Assembly: GCA_963693055.1 (NCBI GenBank) | Contig: OY843751.1 | Location: 4,992,001 to 5,056,000 of the forward strand | DNA length: 64,000 nt | Direction: 5' to 3' | Source: a bacterium | GTDB taxonomy: Bacteria > Zhuqueibacterota > Zhuqueibacteria > Residuimicrobiales > Krinioviventaceae | Shown: positions 51,668-61,348 of the stretch, piece by piece | How the letters are laid out: every line of letters starts with the position of its first letter | Position numbering within the stretch: position 1 is the stretch's first letter | The notes under the pieces: generated by a model | The model's database searches: none | Seen by the model: only the letters and a program-made list of their open reading frames with translations | Told to the model about the DNA's origin: nothing | Translations under genes and position numbers: made by a program

Positions 51668-53026
51668 TTATACGGTTTCGGGTAAAACATAGGGATACCG
51701 ATAGCGGCGTGTCAGATACGAGTTTGCCTCGTCATCATTTATGAATCGTTCCGCGCGCCCGTCAAAATGCAGGGTCCTGCCAGTACGATAGGCAATATTG
51801 CCCAGGTGCATGACCGAAGTGGAAAAGTGCCCCTCTAAAATATCCGCGTTCAGGTCCTGCCAGCGACCGGTGCGCACGCAATCGATAAAATTTCCCATGT
51901 GCGGCCCGTCTGTGCCCTTGAATTCCTGTATCATCTTCTTATCCGTCGGAACCGTCATGTCTTTGCTGTTCATTGCGGGCCCCGGTTCATTGTCCTTGCC
52001 CAAAAACGTTTTGAACGAGGTATGGGTAATGTGCATCCAGCCTTTGGAGCCGTAAATAAACTCGCCGCCCTTTTCTCCATCTTCAGAATTATTGTACAGA
52101 CTGCGCACATCCACCTGGATAGTTTTGCCGTCCGCGTATTCAAACGCACCCAACTGAACATTGGGGATCTCCTGGTCCGAGTCCCAGATGTGGAACCCGC
52201 CCATACACTGGATTTTAGCGGGGTGCTCGCGCTTGTTCATGGCCCAGCGGATCACGTCCACGCCGTGGGTACCATTATTGCCAAACTCGCTGGTGCTGGT
52301 GTCCCAGAACCAGTGCCATTTGTAATGAAAGCGGTTCTCGTTAAAGGGACGGTATGGCGCCGGTCCCAGAAACAGGTCCCAGTTGACGCCTTTAGGGATT
52401 TCACTGTCCGCAACTCTGCCAATGTTGGGGCGAAACCCGAACACAATCGCGCGGCCCATATAGATCTCGCCAATCACACCTTCTCTCAGCAACCGGATGG
52501 CCTCGTGCACAATGGAACTGCTTCGGCTCTGGGTGCCCACCTGTACAACACGATTGTACTTGCGCGCCGCTTCTACCATCTTGCGGCCTTCCTGCAGGGT
52601 ATAGGAAACGGGCTTTTCGATATAAACATCCTTGCCGGTCTGACATGCCCAAATGGTTTGCAGCGCGTGCCAGTGGTCCGGGGATGCTATAGAGATAGCG
52701 TCCAGATGTTTTTCATCCAGTAATTGCCGAAAATCGGTTACCGTCTTTACTTTTTTAGCGTCCTTTTCCTCCAGTTCTTTTAGCCCTTTGGGGAACAGAC
52801 GTTCGTCAATGTCGCACAAGTGGGTGATGCGCACATTGGGCATTTCCGCGTAACGACGGATATGCGCAATGCCTCGGCCATGCAGTCCCACAACAGCGAT
52901 ATTTATGGTATCGTTCGCATTGGATTTTGCGTATAGAGGATGGATCAATGGTGCGGACATGAGCGCTCCGGCTGTGGTCATGCCGGATGTTTTGATAAAC
53001 TCACGACGATTGGTAACACTCATCAT
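51668..53026 (-). CDS. Gfo/Idh/MocA oxidoreductase, TAT-exported
   Basis: NRREFIK; ASPDHWH; GKDVYIEKP; QVGTQSRS; WDLFLGPAP. Confidence 0.93.
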   Translation of the reverse strand: MMSVTNRREFIKTSGMTTAGALMSAPLIHPLYAKSNANDTINIAVVGLHGRGIAHIRRYAEMPNVRITHLCDIDERLFPKGLKELEEKDAKKVKTVTDFRQLLDEKHLDAISIASPDHWHALQTIWACQTGKDVYIEKPVSYTLQEGRKMVEAARKYNRVVQVGTQSRSSSIVHEAIRLLREGVIGEIYMGRAIVFGFRPNIGRVADSEIPKGVNWDLFLGPAPYRPFNENRFHYKWHWFWDTSTSEFGNNGTHGVDVIRWAMNKREHPAKIQCMGGFHIWDSDQEIPNVQLGAFEYADGKTIQVDVRSLYNNSEDGEKGGEFIYGSKGWMHITHTSFKTFLGKDNEPGPAMNSKDMTVPTDKKMIQEFKGTDGPHMGNFIDCVRTGRWQDLNADILEGHFSTSVMHLGNIAYRTGRTLHFDGRAERFINDDEANSYLTRRYRYPYVLPETV

Positions 53027-53193
53027 GACCTCCTGAAAATGGATTGATTTGGATCTTTATGAAATATATAAAGTCAGGCAATGAAAAACAATCGGAAAAT
53101 CAAACCCCAATAGAGGGATTTTCAATCAGGTCAAGCCTCCATCCCCAATTGGCATTCAATAAAGTTCAAGTACCTTACTAAGGCCATCCCCCC

Positions 53194-54900
53194 TCACACC
53201 TGCAATAACGCCTCGATGATCTCATCTACCGAGGTTTTATGCACATCCAAAACAACAGGATTTGTGATGCGCCAGCGGATGCATACATCCTGAATGATCC
53301 GGTTTCTTACAATCCACAACATGGGTTTTGAATACGCATGCACGAACGCATCCAGTGCGTCTGCCCATCCTTCGCCGCGCAGTTCCAGGGGTCCCACTTC
53401 GTCCACCACAACCACATCCGGGTTAGCGTCAACTGCCATCAAAATAGCCTGACTTCCAAAGCTCATCCCCTTTTCTAAAAAATGAAACGGTCCCATTTCA
53501 ATTCCGCTGCCCTGTATCTCTGTTCTGCACAAGGGTTCCTGCACACCATCCTGAATGCGTACCACATCAAAACCGGAGCGTTTGTTATTCTGCCAGTACC
53601 CCGCGGAATAGATGCCCCCGGTGGTCAAGCCCAGCTCGGTTAACCGTCGTAATAATTTTTGCACCAGGGTGGTTTTGCCCTCACCGGACCTGCCGGTTAA
53701 AAATACGATCCGTTTAACGGGCACATGCTCGTTCTGGTATTCCAGCAACCATTGTTTCGAATAATACAGCATCTGCGGCAGGACTTGTCCGAGTCGTTTC
53801 CAAAGCTGCTTTTGTGCGGATAAGACCGACATGAACCGCGGCAGAGTCTCAAAAGCAACACCCAACGCGCGGGGGAAATCCTGCATGCTGTGCTTGATGA
53901 ACCAGTCCAGTATTTTCGGGTTCCGCAGTTCAATGCTCACGGCTGAAAATCCCACCAGAATTACAATGGCCCGCAGGCTCATACGCGTTCCAATTACCAC
54001 CCCATTGAGCGTAAAAAACTCGCGTCTTTGCAGTCCGTCCAAAAAGATTGCAGATAAAAGAATCACCGAGATCAACATGATCCACAATCCCGGTTTCTTT
54101 AAGCGGTTCAACGAACGCCGGTACTGATAAAAATTAAACGCAATAAACAACAAACAATAGATTGTCGCAATCCATAAGGGATAAAAACTCAGCAGCAGCA
54201 GGCCGGCAACAATCCCCACACTGATCAATATCAGCAAAATCAAAGAAAATTGCTGCGTAGGGTCCAATCCGAATGACATGGCGTGTCTGCCTTCTTCCAT
54301 AATCGGCATTTGCTCGTCATCCAACCGTATCGCTTTTTTCCCGATGCGTACCGCAATAATGGCGACAATAACTCCAAATAGCATTTGAATCAACCAGAAC
54401 GCCAGCACCAAATCAAACGGCCCAAAGGAGGAAACGCCCAAATTTTTAGCCGCAAAGAAATAAAGGTTCTCATAGAGGTCCACAAAATACAGTCCGAATG
54501 TAATCACCAGTCCGATTATCTTTTGCACAAAACTCCACGATACTGCAAGCGCGCCACCTAAAAGATAGGCGAACAGATTTCTGCCCAGTAACAAAACAGC
54601 CAGCTCTAACAATACCCCTTCCATAAAGATCCCGATCATGGGGCCCATGATTACCGCACTGGGCGAAATGGACTTCATCACCGCGCAGATCAATCCCGAG
54701 CGCCAGAACAATCCTTTTTCCGGCCACAACTGGTGTCCGCTGATCATGATCAAAGCGCCGATTGCGGAAAGCAGCGTGCCCGACATGGGGATTTTTAAAT
54801 TATGCAGCATACTGCCCAAAATGATCTCGCTGGATGCCCACAAACTGCCCAATACCGCGGCCTTGAGCCAGATGTGTGATATTTCTGATGTTTGCTTCAT
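53194..54900 (-). CDS. Multi-pass membrane protein fused to THEP1/NTPase_1-type P-loop NTPase
   Basis: About 9-10 TM segments; C-terminal FLTGRSGEGKTT, GGIYS, RSGFDVV, VVVVDEVGPLE. Confidence 0.85.
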   Translation of the reverse strand: MKQTSEISHIWLKAAVLGSLWASSEIILGSMLHNLKIPMSGTLLSAIGALIMISGHQLWPEKGLFWRSGLICAVMKSISPSAVIMGPMIGIFMEGVLLELAVLLLGRNLFAYLLGGALAVSWSFVQKIIGLVITFGLYFVDLYENLYFFAAKNLGVSSFGPFDLVLAFWLIQMLFGVIVAIIAVRIGKKAIRLDDEQMPIMEEGRHAMSFGLDPTQQFSLILLILISVGIVAGLLLLSFYPLWIATIYCLLFIAFNFYQYRRSLNRLKKPGLWIMLISVILLSAIFLDGLQRREFFTLNGVVIGTRMSLRAIVILVGFSAVSIELRNPKILDWFIKHSMQDFPRALGVAFETLPRFMSVLSAQKQLWKRLGQVLPQMLYYSKQWLLEYQNEHVPVKRIVFLTGRSGEGKTTLVQKLLRRLTELGLTTGGIYSAGYWQNNKRSGFDVVRIQDGVQEPLCRTEIQGSGIEMGPFHFLEKGMSFGSQAILMAVDANPDVVVVDEVGPLELRGEGWADALDAFVHAYSKPMLWIVRNRIIQDVCIRWRITNPVVLDVHKTSVDEIIEALLQV

Positions 54901-54901
54901 A

Positions 54902-55753
54902 TTAAATGATCGGATCCTGATTTACTGACCACAACATGCCTCCCACAGTGCCCTTGTGCACCTGGGTGATTTGTCCGTTTTGCTGTTTATCATTGAGATA
55001 GGTTTCAATCTTTTGTTTCAACACGTCATATGGCATATTAACAATCCTGCTGAAAAATCGCGTATAATACTCGACCGTTTCCCCAAATGGCTGCGACTTT
55101 GACCATGCCTGCGTATCAAACCGGATCTCGGGATAGATCCCCATAGAATATAAAAGATTCAATGCATATTGAAAATGCCGGCTCTTGCGATTTTCTCCAA
55201 GCAGCTCCACAAACAGATCGTCCATGGGCTGGTTCTCCCGGTCACCGGCCCATCCCGCCAGATAACACCACCCCCGCGAGCGTTTCATCATACGAAGCAA
55301 ATCATCCGCGCAATTGATGGCAGGTGTCATATGCGCAAAAACCAGATCGTACTGTTTTGCGATTTTTGCTTCAATCTCCGGCACCCGCCAGTCGCCTTGC
55401 ACAAGGTGTAAAGCGGAAAGCAATTCCTGTGGTGCCCGTTGAGATATCTGGTCAAGCATCCCCTGCGATACATCAACGCAGGTGACTTTGGCGCCATATT
55501 CCGCAAAAGGGATTGCAAATGTGCCGGGCCCCGAACCGATATCCAGTACCGTTGCACCGGGACGAATAATTTCATTCTCTTTTAAATGGTTAATCAAACA
55601 ACGGTTGCGTTCTGCCGAATCACCTTTTTCTTTATGATAATCGGGTGCCTTTTCATCCCAGAATCCTGCATTTTTAAAGCCGTCTCCCTGCCGGTTCTCG
55701 CTATCAAAGGCATTCCACTGTTCTATCCAATAGTCTTTTGACCCAATATCCAT
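54902..55753 (-). CDS. Class I SAM-dependent methyltransferase
   Basis: FWDEKAPDY; VLDIGSGPGTFAIPFA; YDLVFAHMTPAI. Confidence 0.9.
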   Translation of the reverse strand: MDIGSKDYWIEQWNAFDSENRQGDGFKNAGFWDEKAPDYHKEKGDSAERNRCLINHLKENEIIRPGATVLDIGSGPGTFAIPFAEYGAKVTCVDVSQGMLDQISQRAPQELLSALHLVQGDWRVPEIEAKIAKQYDLVFAHMTPAINCADDLLRMMKRSRGWCYLAGWAGDRENQPMDDLFVELLGENRKSRHFQYALNLLYSMGIYPEIRFDTQAWSKSQPFGETVEYYTRFFSRIVNMPYDVLKQKIETYLNDKQQNGQITQVHKGTVGGMLWSVNQDPII

Positions 55754-55761
55754 TTTTTCAC

Positions 55762-58053
55762 TCAGAATTTTGCTTCAAATTGTACAATCACTGAACGTCC
55801 TGGCTGCCAGGTATGGTGCCACAATCTGTACTCGGTATCACTCAGGTTTTTGATATGCAGCGAAACCCTGTAGTACCCTGCCAACCCAAGGCCGATGGAT
55901 GCTTCCTGCAAAGCAAACGCAGTGTACGGATTAACCTCGTAATCAAAGAAATATCCGTCACCCGTATAATCATATCGCCATGCAAGGTCTATAATAACCA
56001 GGTTGATCTGTTTTTCGTAATACAATCCCACATTATAGCGATGCCGGCTGGTCTGGAATGTAAAATCACCGGGATCCAGTAAAGTATATGCACCATTCAC
56101 ACTCAGGCCGCGGAGCGGTTGAAATTTAAACGCCACTTCCACTCCCTGTGGAGTATAATCTCCGCGGTTGGTACGACGATCAAAATACAGCGTATCTGTC
56201 CCAATCGTATTGGGCATGAGCACATATTGTCCCCAGCCGGTTGAGCCTTGCTTATCACTCACCATCAGGTTCTCAACCTGCATCCGGAATGCGGATACAC
56301 TCACAAATCCCCAATCCTCCAGACGCTGGATGACGCCTACATCCACATTTGCGGTTTTTTCCGGCTGCATATCCGGATCGCCATAGCTACTCAGGGAACA
56401 TGAATACAGGTCGATCATGGTTGGTGCGCGGAAGCCTTTAGCATAATTCAGTTTCAAATGGGTTGTGGAATTATTTATCCTGAGCAAGCGATAAGCTAAT
56501 CCCACATTGGGATTCACAATACTGCCAAATTCCGAATGCATGTCCAGTCTTGCTCCCAGTACCGCATGCAGTTTGCTGCCTACATTCTGCTGATATTGCA
56601 TATACAATGCAGTATTGTGCAATTGATAATCCTGCCGGGTACTGCCGTATTCCCCGGTGTACAGATCCACAGGTAGAGTAGAATACAATCCAGATTGCCG
56701 GCTATAAATATCAATCTCTTGCACACCCACATAAGCAAGATTGTCAATAACCTGCTCATAATCCACATCTGCATTATCAACAATCCCTTCAAATCCAAAC
56801 TGCAGCAGGGCCTCATTCCAAGGCAGATACAGGGCATAGTTACTCATCAATCCGGTTCTGAGGGCGGTATATCCGGTTGCAATATCACTCACCAGACTGG
56901 TTTCATCATCCTGGTTGAGGTTTACAAACACTCGAGAATCCCACACACCCCGACGACCATTGTATTGAACATGCACGTCTGCACCCGCATAGTAATAATC
57001 ATTTTTCACTGGGGGCCGGGCTGCCGGTTTGTCCCAGGAATTGTTATGAAAATCAACATGAACAGTGGCTTGCAGTTGTTCATTATATTGGCGCTTATAT
57101 TTATATTTCAGATCTGTATTGTTCCATTCATTATTATTCGGCACGCGATAATCTTGCAGTGAACTGCGCAACCCCAACGAGACAAAATGACTGCTCCTTT
57201 CATTGCGATACGAACCGGTCCATTGCAGCGTATTGGCTTCAACAATAGGACGACTGTATCCGTCCGCATTGGGATCACCAATAATATCAGATGCATCCAG
57301 TTCTTTGGAAGCGGAAACCCAGGTGTGCCAGCCCGGTTCAGGGACTTTGGTCAGCACGTTCACCACACCCGCTGTTGCCTGAGAGCCATACAATGCAGAA
57401 CCTGCTCCCTTGACTACTTCAATCCGGTCCACAATCTCCATGGGGATGGTATTAAAATTCACCCCTCCGTTCCAACCATTATTCATTGGGCGTCCGTCAA
57501 CAAGCACCAGCGTCTTGTTGGAATACCCTCCACCGTTCAAAGAACGGATCGACAGACCATAATCCGCACCAACCGTGGAGCCATCCCGAATCACTCTCAC
57601 ACCGGGCAACTGATCAAGGGCCTGGCCGGCATTATACTGGTATTGCTGTTGTAAATCTTTTGGAGACAATTGAGAAATAGATTGCGGCGCTTTATCCGTA
57701 TTCAAGATATTCCGGGTGGCGGTGACGGTTATTTCATTAAAGTTTATTGTGCGTATTTTTTCAAATTGCAGTAATATGGGCCCAGTGTCGTTTTCACCAA
57801 TTCGGACAGTTTTTGTTATCGGGATAAATTGTATATGGGATGCGGTAAGTTTATATTTCCCTGGTTCGGGGACTTTGAACGCAAATGAACCATCCGCAAG
57901 GCTGACAGCCCCTGTTTTTTGAGTTTCCAGAATAATATTTGCGTTTACAATTGCCTGGCCTTCAGAGCCCAGCACATATCCGGATACAGGGATTTCGGCA
58001 AAGGATACACCGGCAAAAAAAATTATGCAGATCCAAATCTTTTTCATGATCAC
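55762..58053 (-). CDS. TonB-dependent receptor with N-terminal CarboxypepD_reg-like domain
   Basis: EITVTATR; LVLVDGRP; RIEVVKGAGSALYGSQATAGVVNV plug; GFRAP; QPEK; C-terminal Phe. Confidence 0.95.
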   Translation of the reverse strand: MIMKKIWICIIFFAGVSFAEIPVSGYVLGSEGQAIVNANIILETQKTGAVSLADGSFAFKVPEPGKYKLTASHIQFIPITKTVRIGENDTGPILLQFEKIRTINFNEITVTATRNILNTDKAPQSISQLSPKDLQQQYQYNAGQALDQLPGVRVIRDGSTVGADYGLSIRSLNGGGYSNKTLVLVDGRPMNNGWNGGVNFNTIPMEIVDRIEVVKGAGSALYGSQATAGVVNVLTKVPEPGWHTWVSASKELDASDIIGDPNADGYSRPIVEANTLQWTGSYRNERSSHFVSLGLRSSLQDYRVPNNNEWNNTDLKYKYKRQYNEQLQATVHVDFHNNSWDKPAARPPVKNDYYYAGADVHVQYNGRRGVWDSRVFVNLNQDDETSLVSDIATGYTALRTGLMSNYALYLPWNEALLQFGFEGIVDNADVDYEQVIDNLAYVGVQEIDIYSRQSGLYSTLPVDLYTGEYGSTRQDYQLHNTALYMQYQQNVGSKLHAVLGARLDMHSEFGSIVNPNVGLAYRLLRINNSTTHLKLNYAKGFRAPTMIDLYSCSLSSYGDPDMQPEKTANVDVGVIQRLEDWGFVSVSAFRMQVENLMVSDKQGSTGWGQYVLMPNTIGTDTLYFDRRTNRGDYTPQGVEVAFKFQPLRGLSVNGAYTLLDPGDFTFQTSRHRYNVGLYYEKQINLVIIDLAWRYDYTGDGYFFDYEVNPYTAFALQEASIGLGLAGYYRVSLHIKNLSDTEYRLWHHTWQPGRSVIVQFEAKF

Positions 58054-58282
58054 ACCCTGGGATTTTGTAACACGAATTTTAACATAGGATATTTGTAAAA
58101 AAAAATCAATCAGTATTTGATATTTAATCGCAACAGATATCCATTCCTGTTAATTTCCTTTTGACTATAAAAACAGAAAAACATCATAAACACTTGGAAA
58201 TTTGGAATTTTCAGTATGATATATTGTTACAAAAAACAAATTACAAATCATAATATAATACTCTAACAATTCAGGGGTTACT

Positions 58283-59098
58283 ATGGAAAATATGAACATC
58301 TATGTCGAAAAAGGCATAGAAATGATCATGGAGTATGGTCCCAAATTATTATTGGCAATTATCACGCTAATTATCGGTTTGATGGTGATCAAGGCTTTTG
58401 CCAAAGGGATAAGCAGAACCATGGCGAAAAGCAATACGGATGAATCTCTGCGACGCTTTTTAACAAGCCTGGCAAGAGTTGGATTAAAAGTATTACTGTT
58501 CATCAGTGTGGCGTCTATGGTCGGTATTCAAATGACATCCTTTATTGCCATTTTGGGTGCTGCGGGACTCGCTGTAGGCCTGGCTTTACAGGGAAGCCTG
58601 GCAAACTTTGCCGGTGGTGTGCTGATACTGCTATTCCGTCCTTACAAGATTGGTGATTTTATAGATGCTGCCGGTCACATGGGAACCGTCCGCGATATTC
58701 AGATATTTAACACCATCTTGAAAACACCGGACAATAAAACCATCATCATCCCCAATGGTGTATTGTCAAACGGCAGTATAACCAATTTTTCTACCGAGCC
58801 CACCCGCCGTGTGGATATGGTTTTCGGCATTGGGTATGGAGACGATATCAAAAAAACCAAAGACCTGCTAAGTTCAATAGTTAACAGTGATGAGCGTGTG
58901 CTCAAAGATCCGGAACCGTTGGTGGTTGTTTCCAGTCTGGGAGACAGCTCGGTCAATTTCACCGTACGTGTCTGGTGCAACAGCGGCGATTACTGGGGCC
59001 TGTTTTTCGATATGCAGGAAAAAGTAAAACTCGAGTTTGACAATGCTGGTATATCCATCCCCTTTCCCCAACGCGATGTACATGTGTTTAATCAATAA
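58283..59098 (+). CDS. mscS: Small-conductance mechanosensitive channel
   Basis: GAAGLAVGLALQGSLANFAGG, RPYKIGD, ITNFS..PTRRVD, GISIPFPQRDV. Confidence 0.93.
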   Translation: MENMNIYVEKGIEMIMEYGPKLLLAIITLIIGLMVIKAFAKGISRTMAKSNTDESLRRFLTSLARVGLKVLLFISVASMVGIQMTSFIAILGAAGLAVGLALQGSLANFAGGVLILLFRPYKIGDFIDAAGHMGTVRDIQIFNTILKTPDNKTIIIPNGVLSNGSITNFSTEPTRRVDMVFGIGYGDDIKKTKDLLSSIVNSDERVLKDPEPLVVVSSLGDSSVNFTVRVWCNSGDYWGLFFDMQEKVKLEFDNAGISIPFPQRDVHVFNQ

Positions 59099-59107
59099 AT
59101 GAAAACG

Positions 59108-59144
59108 TTTCCTCCCGAGGGCTAAAGTCCCTTGGGAGGGGAAA
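59108..59144. terminator. Bidirectional terminator
   Basis: TTTCCTCCCGAGGG...CCCTTGGGAGGGGAAA between convergent genes. Confidence 0.7.
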
Positions 59145-59159
59145 TATGTCAATTAAAAC

Positions 59160-60137
59160 TCATACCAAATGCAATACAACAAACAAGCTGCTAATCGACA
59201 ATACTACAAAAACCAATACACCTGTCATCAAGGCACCCATCCCCTGTTTGATTTGTGAAAAATGGACTGACAATCCCATTGCGGTCATGGCCATTAATAC
59301 AAATAATGAACCAGCGCTGGCGAATATATGAGATATGGATTGGGGTAAAATCCCCAACGAATTCACAATACCCGCGATTAAGAAATACAACACATACATG
59401 GGGAACTTTGCTTTTTCAACATTACCGTCACGTTTATTATAAACAAAACTCAGCGCCAAAGATACGGGTACAAGCATCATCACCCGGGTCATTTTCACAA
59501 AGGTACCAATTTCTCCGGATTCACTGCCTTTGGCATATGCGGCTGCAATTGCATGGGCCACTCCGTGCAACGACAATCCTGCCCATGTGCCATATTGAAC
59601 AGGTGTCATCACAAATCCACTAACCGCAATCGCCGAATAGACAATAACACCAATCGCGCCTAAAAAACTGACAATGGATACCGCCAGCACCGAATCTTTA
59701 TCATTTGCCCGAATACAGGGGGCCACGGCAAGCACCGCCGAAGCGCCGCAAATGCAGGAACCAATACCTATTAACGTTGCAAGCCGGGTATTTAAATTGA
59801 AAAATCTGCCCAATAGATTAGATATCATCAAGGCGATCAATACATAAAACACAACCAGGATTAAAAACCGGGGTCCCAGTTTTAAAAGCACATGAGAATC
59901 AATCCTAAACCCCATAAGAATAATCCCCAGTTTTAAAATATTTTTCAATGACAAAGAGATCCCCGGTTTAAAACGTGCCTGGGTGCCAACAGTATTATTA
60001 TAAAACATACCAATTATTATAGCAATTGTCAGCGCTTCCAGATTGATAAATTTGATAGATTGATTTAAAAAAAATGATAATAGTGAAATGATGAGAACCA
60101 GAACCAGTCCGGGAATGTAATTTTTAATATTTTTCAT
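59160..60137 (-). CDS. YeiH-family (putative sulfate exporter) membrane protein
   Basis: LKLGIILMG; GSCICGASA..A.AP; YGTWAG; VKMTRV; AMGLSV. Confidence 0.92.
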   Translation of the reverse strand: MKNIKNYIPGLVLVLIISLLSFFLNQSIKFINLEALTIAIIIGMFYNNTVGTQARFKPGISLSLKNILKLGIILMGFRIDSHVLLKLGPRFLILVVFYVLIALMISNLLGRFFNLNTRLATLIGIGSCICGASAVLAVAPCIRANDKDSVLAVSIVSFLGAIGVIVYSAIAVSGFVMTPVQYGTWAGLSLHGVAHAIAAAYAKGSESGEIGTFVKMTRVMMLVPVSLALSFVYNKRDGNVEKAKFPMYVLYFLIAGIVNSLGILPQSISHIFASAGSLFVLMAMTAMGLSVHFSQIKQGMGALMTGVLVFVVLSISSLFVVLHLV

Positions 60138-60180
60138 TATACTTGCTCCATATTAGTTTACAAGTATAATGCATTTTATG

Positions 60181-60197
60181 TATAATTAAAAATTATA
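60181..60197. promoter_or_regulatory. Putative LysR-type operator upstream of yeiH-like gene
   Basis: TATAATT-aaa-AATTATA perfect inverted repeat containing T-N11-A. Confidence 0.5.
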
Positions 60198-60223
60198 GTT
60201 TTTTATATTACCATAACAATATA

Positions 60224-61108
60224 TTATAATCTATATTTTTGACAAAATGAGATAAAAGGACCCATAAATTCATCGTCACGGTCAAAATAAATAAAATTAA
60301 ATTCCCTGAAAATACCAAAATCCTGAATGGGCACATGCACCAGGCTGCCCGATTTCAGATGCTCCCGTACAGCTTCACGGGAGATTATGGTACACCCCAG
60401 GTTAGATTCGACCAGAGAAACAAGCGCATTGATATTCCCAATTTCCATATAAATCATATCATCTGTGAGATGGTATCCCTTGCTCACCAGTTCGTTTTCA
60501 AAGACCATTCGTGTTCCAGAACCTTTTTCCCTCAGGATCAATTTATCTTCCAGCACCTCTTCAATACTCACTTTTGATTTTAGTGCAAATTCATGCTCAG
60601 GAGACACGACCAATATCAGCTCATCATCTTTGAATTTGGTGAATTGAAACTGGGTCCGGTCAAAGGGGCCCTCTACAATTCCCATCAACATATCCCCCGT
60701 TATCAGGTGCTTTATGACCGTTTCCGTATTTTCAACAGCCAGCATGATCTCTATATTGGGGTGCTCTTGTTTATAACGCCCCAGAATCTCCGGTATTACG
60801 TACCCGCCAATGGTTAATGTTGCGCCAATATTGTATTTTTTTACAAATTCCGCTCTATTTTCAAGATCGTTCTTAACTGCATTCGCCAAGCGATTAACCT
60901 CAATCGCATATTCATATAACCGCTGGCCTTCCAGTGTAAGCTCTATTGATTTTTTCTTTATATTGAATAACTTTACATTATAATATGCTTCCAGACTCTT
61001 GATATGTTGAGATACACCGGGTTGGGTAATATGCAGCAATTCCGCGGTTTTGGTATAATTGTGGGTTTTGACCACAGATAAAAATGTCAGTATTTTATTA
61101 TCAATCAT
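60224..61108 (-). CDS. LysR-family regulator (CysL/YeiE-like)
   Basis: NYTKTAELLHITQPGVSQHIKSLE; GATLTIGGY; REKGSGTR; RBS AGGAGA before 61108. Confidence 0.93.
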   Translation of the reverse strand: MIDNKILTFLSVVKTHNYTKTAELLHITQPGVSQHIKSLEAYYNVKLFNIKKKSIELTLEGQRLYEYAIEVNRLANAVKNDLENRAEFVKKYNIGATLTIGGYVIPEILGRYKQEHPNIEIMLAVENTETVIKHLITGDMLMGIVEGPFDRTQFQFTKFKDDELILVVSPEHEFALKSKVSIEEVLEDKLILREKGSGTRMVFENELVSKGYHLTDDMIYMEIGNINALVSLVESNLGCTIISREAVREHLKSGSLVHVPIQDFGIFREFNFIYFDRDDEFMGPFISFCQKYRL

Positions 61109-61348
61109 GACAAATCTCCTTTCCCTGTAAATGTGAGAATATAATCTCAAAAATCCAAATTCTGTTTTGGGGATCTTGAATGAAACCGATCCCGCTAAAA
61201 TTACCTGCACCTTTTTCAAGAGTTGATGCATTTAGACACCATCACCCAACAATACAGGCAAAAAAATTTGTTTGCCTCTCTACGCTTTCCATAGTATATT
61301 ATATAACAATCCGACGAAAAAGCAGTTAACATATATCCCAGAGGTGTT

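Noticed and set aside
58046-58090. Possible NikR operator (GTAACAC) upstream of the TonB receptor
   Set aside because: Only one half-site; the expected inverted partner matches poorly.
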